This document shows positions 62,389-64,000 of a DNA stretch of 64,000 nucleotides, in pieces. The position numbers and the translations under genes are program-made. The stretch's first letter is position 1. Each line of letters opens with the position of its first letter. The DNA comes from Azolla caroliniana (Eukaryota; Plantae; Polypodiophyta): positions 2,356,001-2,420,000 of the forward strand of contig JBHGNT010000013.1 in the NCBI GenBank assembly GCA_043228905.1. Direction: 5' to 3'. The notes below the pieces were generated by a model. That model saw nothing but the letters and a program-made list of their open reading frames with translations, was not told where the DNA came from and did no database searches.

Positions 62389-64000
62389 CAATCTAAGCAC
62401 TATTGCTCTTCTATCCACATATTTAAGTGGCCCTACCTTAATGATAGAGTTTGCAACTTCAATCAATTAAACGTACATGTTGGTGTAATGCACAGTAAAC
62501 ATATTGCATCATGTAACTAGGAGTTACGTTTCTCTTTACGAGATGGGAATACCCACTTGGATAAAGAAAGGACTTCTTGCCAATACCTTATCAATGATTA
62601 AGGGTATGTAGAGCAGGGAACTTTACGAGGATTAGTTCTATTGAGGATTGACCTTTACACCACCCCTTAATTATAATACTCAATCAAATGTTGTAGAAGA
62701 ATACACAAGAATTCTCCTTGCAAACACATGTCTTGCTACAACGAAAATTGATAAACCATCAACCTCGCTTGCTTGGTGATTAGTTTTCTCTCTACACCAT
62801 CTTATTATCCTTTGATCACCTTGGATTGAATCACACAACCCGATGATAGATGGAAAATTTAGTCCATTATGCTCTCATCAACATGTTGTCAGTTTGTAAC
62901 TAATTCCTCTCATCTAGGAGTCGATGCCCTTCCTTATATAGGCCTAGTATGAGAAACTTCAATGTCTACTCCAATGTTCATTCTTGCTCCAACCACAACT
63001 TTTACTCCAAGAGTTCGCTCTGTCCCGTTTCGGTTACAACATCCAATTTGTTAGCTAACTCTATTTTTCATCACACTAGTTCGGCCATGACATTTATTAC
63101 TCTAGTGACGAAGAGTGCATATGTGTCTATCCTTGATTCCATGAGGGTCGATGTTTACACGTGGTATTGACCACTCCCTATAATCATCCTACTTTTATTA
63201 CGAGTGTAGTTACGTCATATTGAGTTGTTGTGGGTTACTTCACGTTAGAAAGAGGGAGAGGATTGAAGACATTCAACTCTACGACTCCTAAGGGATATAC
63301 TATTCTACACCGAGACTCTGTAGTGTGGCAACCTCCAGTTGACAATCTCTTGAGTCCTTTTGGCTACCAAGGTACAACCCTCATATGTCCGCCATTGTAT
63401 AGGACACCAATGGGCATGTGGGCCCATCTCTCACCATTGGTAGGGGATGGTTGGGCGAACGTACACTCTTTCTAACCTTCTCTTGAATGATTATTTTCAT
63501 CTTTTACTTATGTAGAATAAAAAATCGGTTAAATGTGCCATTCCAAACATTCAATTTAATACAGTCATTCTTCTCTTATCATTTCATTCCTCTCTTCTTG
63601 TGATCTCGTTATATCTTTCTTCTATCACTCTTTCTTCTGTCTTGGTTCTGACCGTTTGATTCGAATTCCTCTCTCTCCGTTATCCTCCTCTATAAACATC
63701 ACGAAACCATGGCTGCCATTAATTCAAAAGAATATCTCACCCTTGTTGTTGAAATGGAGAAACTTAAATCCAAGTTCGCATCTCTTGAATTAGAGAATCA
63801 ACGTCTTCTTGGAGATCTACAAAACGTTATTGTGGAGAAGCAACAACAACAAGAGGAGTTTACGCGACGAGTGCAAGAACTAGAGACAACAATCGTAATT
63901 TTACAGCATCAAAGGGGCGGAGGCCAAAGAATTATCAAGGAGCCCAAAATCAGCCTTCCCGTTAAATTTGATAGTTCGAGGGCGCATTTCCTAGTTTTCT
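62389..64000 (+). repeat. Start of a further array unit lacking its tRNA; includes the family C gag start (63709)
   Basis: Aligns to 18461-19990, with about 180 bp extra at 63285-63462. Confidence 0.85.

Overview
Eukaryotic, almost certainly land-plant nuclear DNA: plant-type tRNA-Pro, plant LTR-retrotransposon lineages and a TTTAGGG insert. The Tcn1-like and tRNA-Trp-primed Gypsy elements hint at a seed-free plant, but I cannot name the species. No host protein-coding gene is recognisable. The window is a head-to-tail array of four near-identical minus-strand tRNA-Pro(TGG) genes (293, 15173, 17813, 58185), plus a fifth unit start lacking its tRNA. The spacers (14.9, 2.6, 40.4 kb) are collinear deletion derivatives of one long TE-mosaic unit. 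Three LTR elements inserted after the array amplified, because their empty sites are visible in sister units: an intact Copia (677-6048), a Gypsy with a large extra 3' ORF (20821-31134) and a damaged Copia (34591-40181). Older components are three Tcn1-like chromovirus families, a gag-only element primed by tRNA-Trp, solo LTRs and Copia fragments. Most notable: (1) four different LTR families carry an antisense tRNA-like A/B-box cassette near the U3 edge; (2) two chromovirus families have co-varying 11-nt self-priming duplexes; (3) deletion junctions show microhomology, templated fillers and one telomere-repeat insertion. All alignments were made by eye, so fragment boundaries are approximate.
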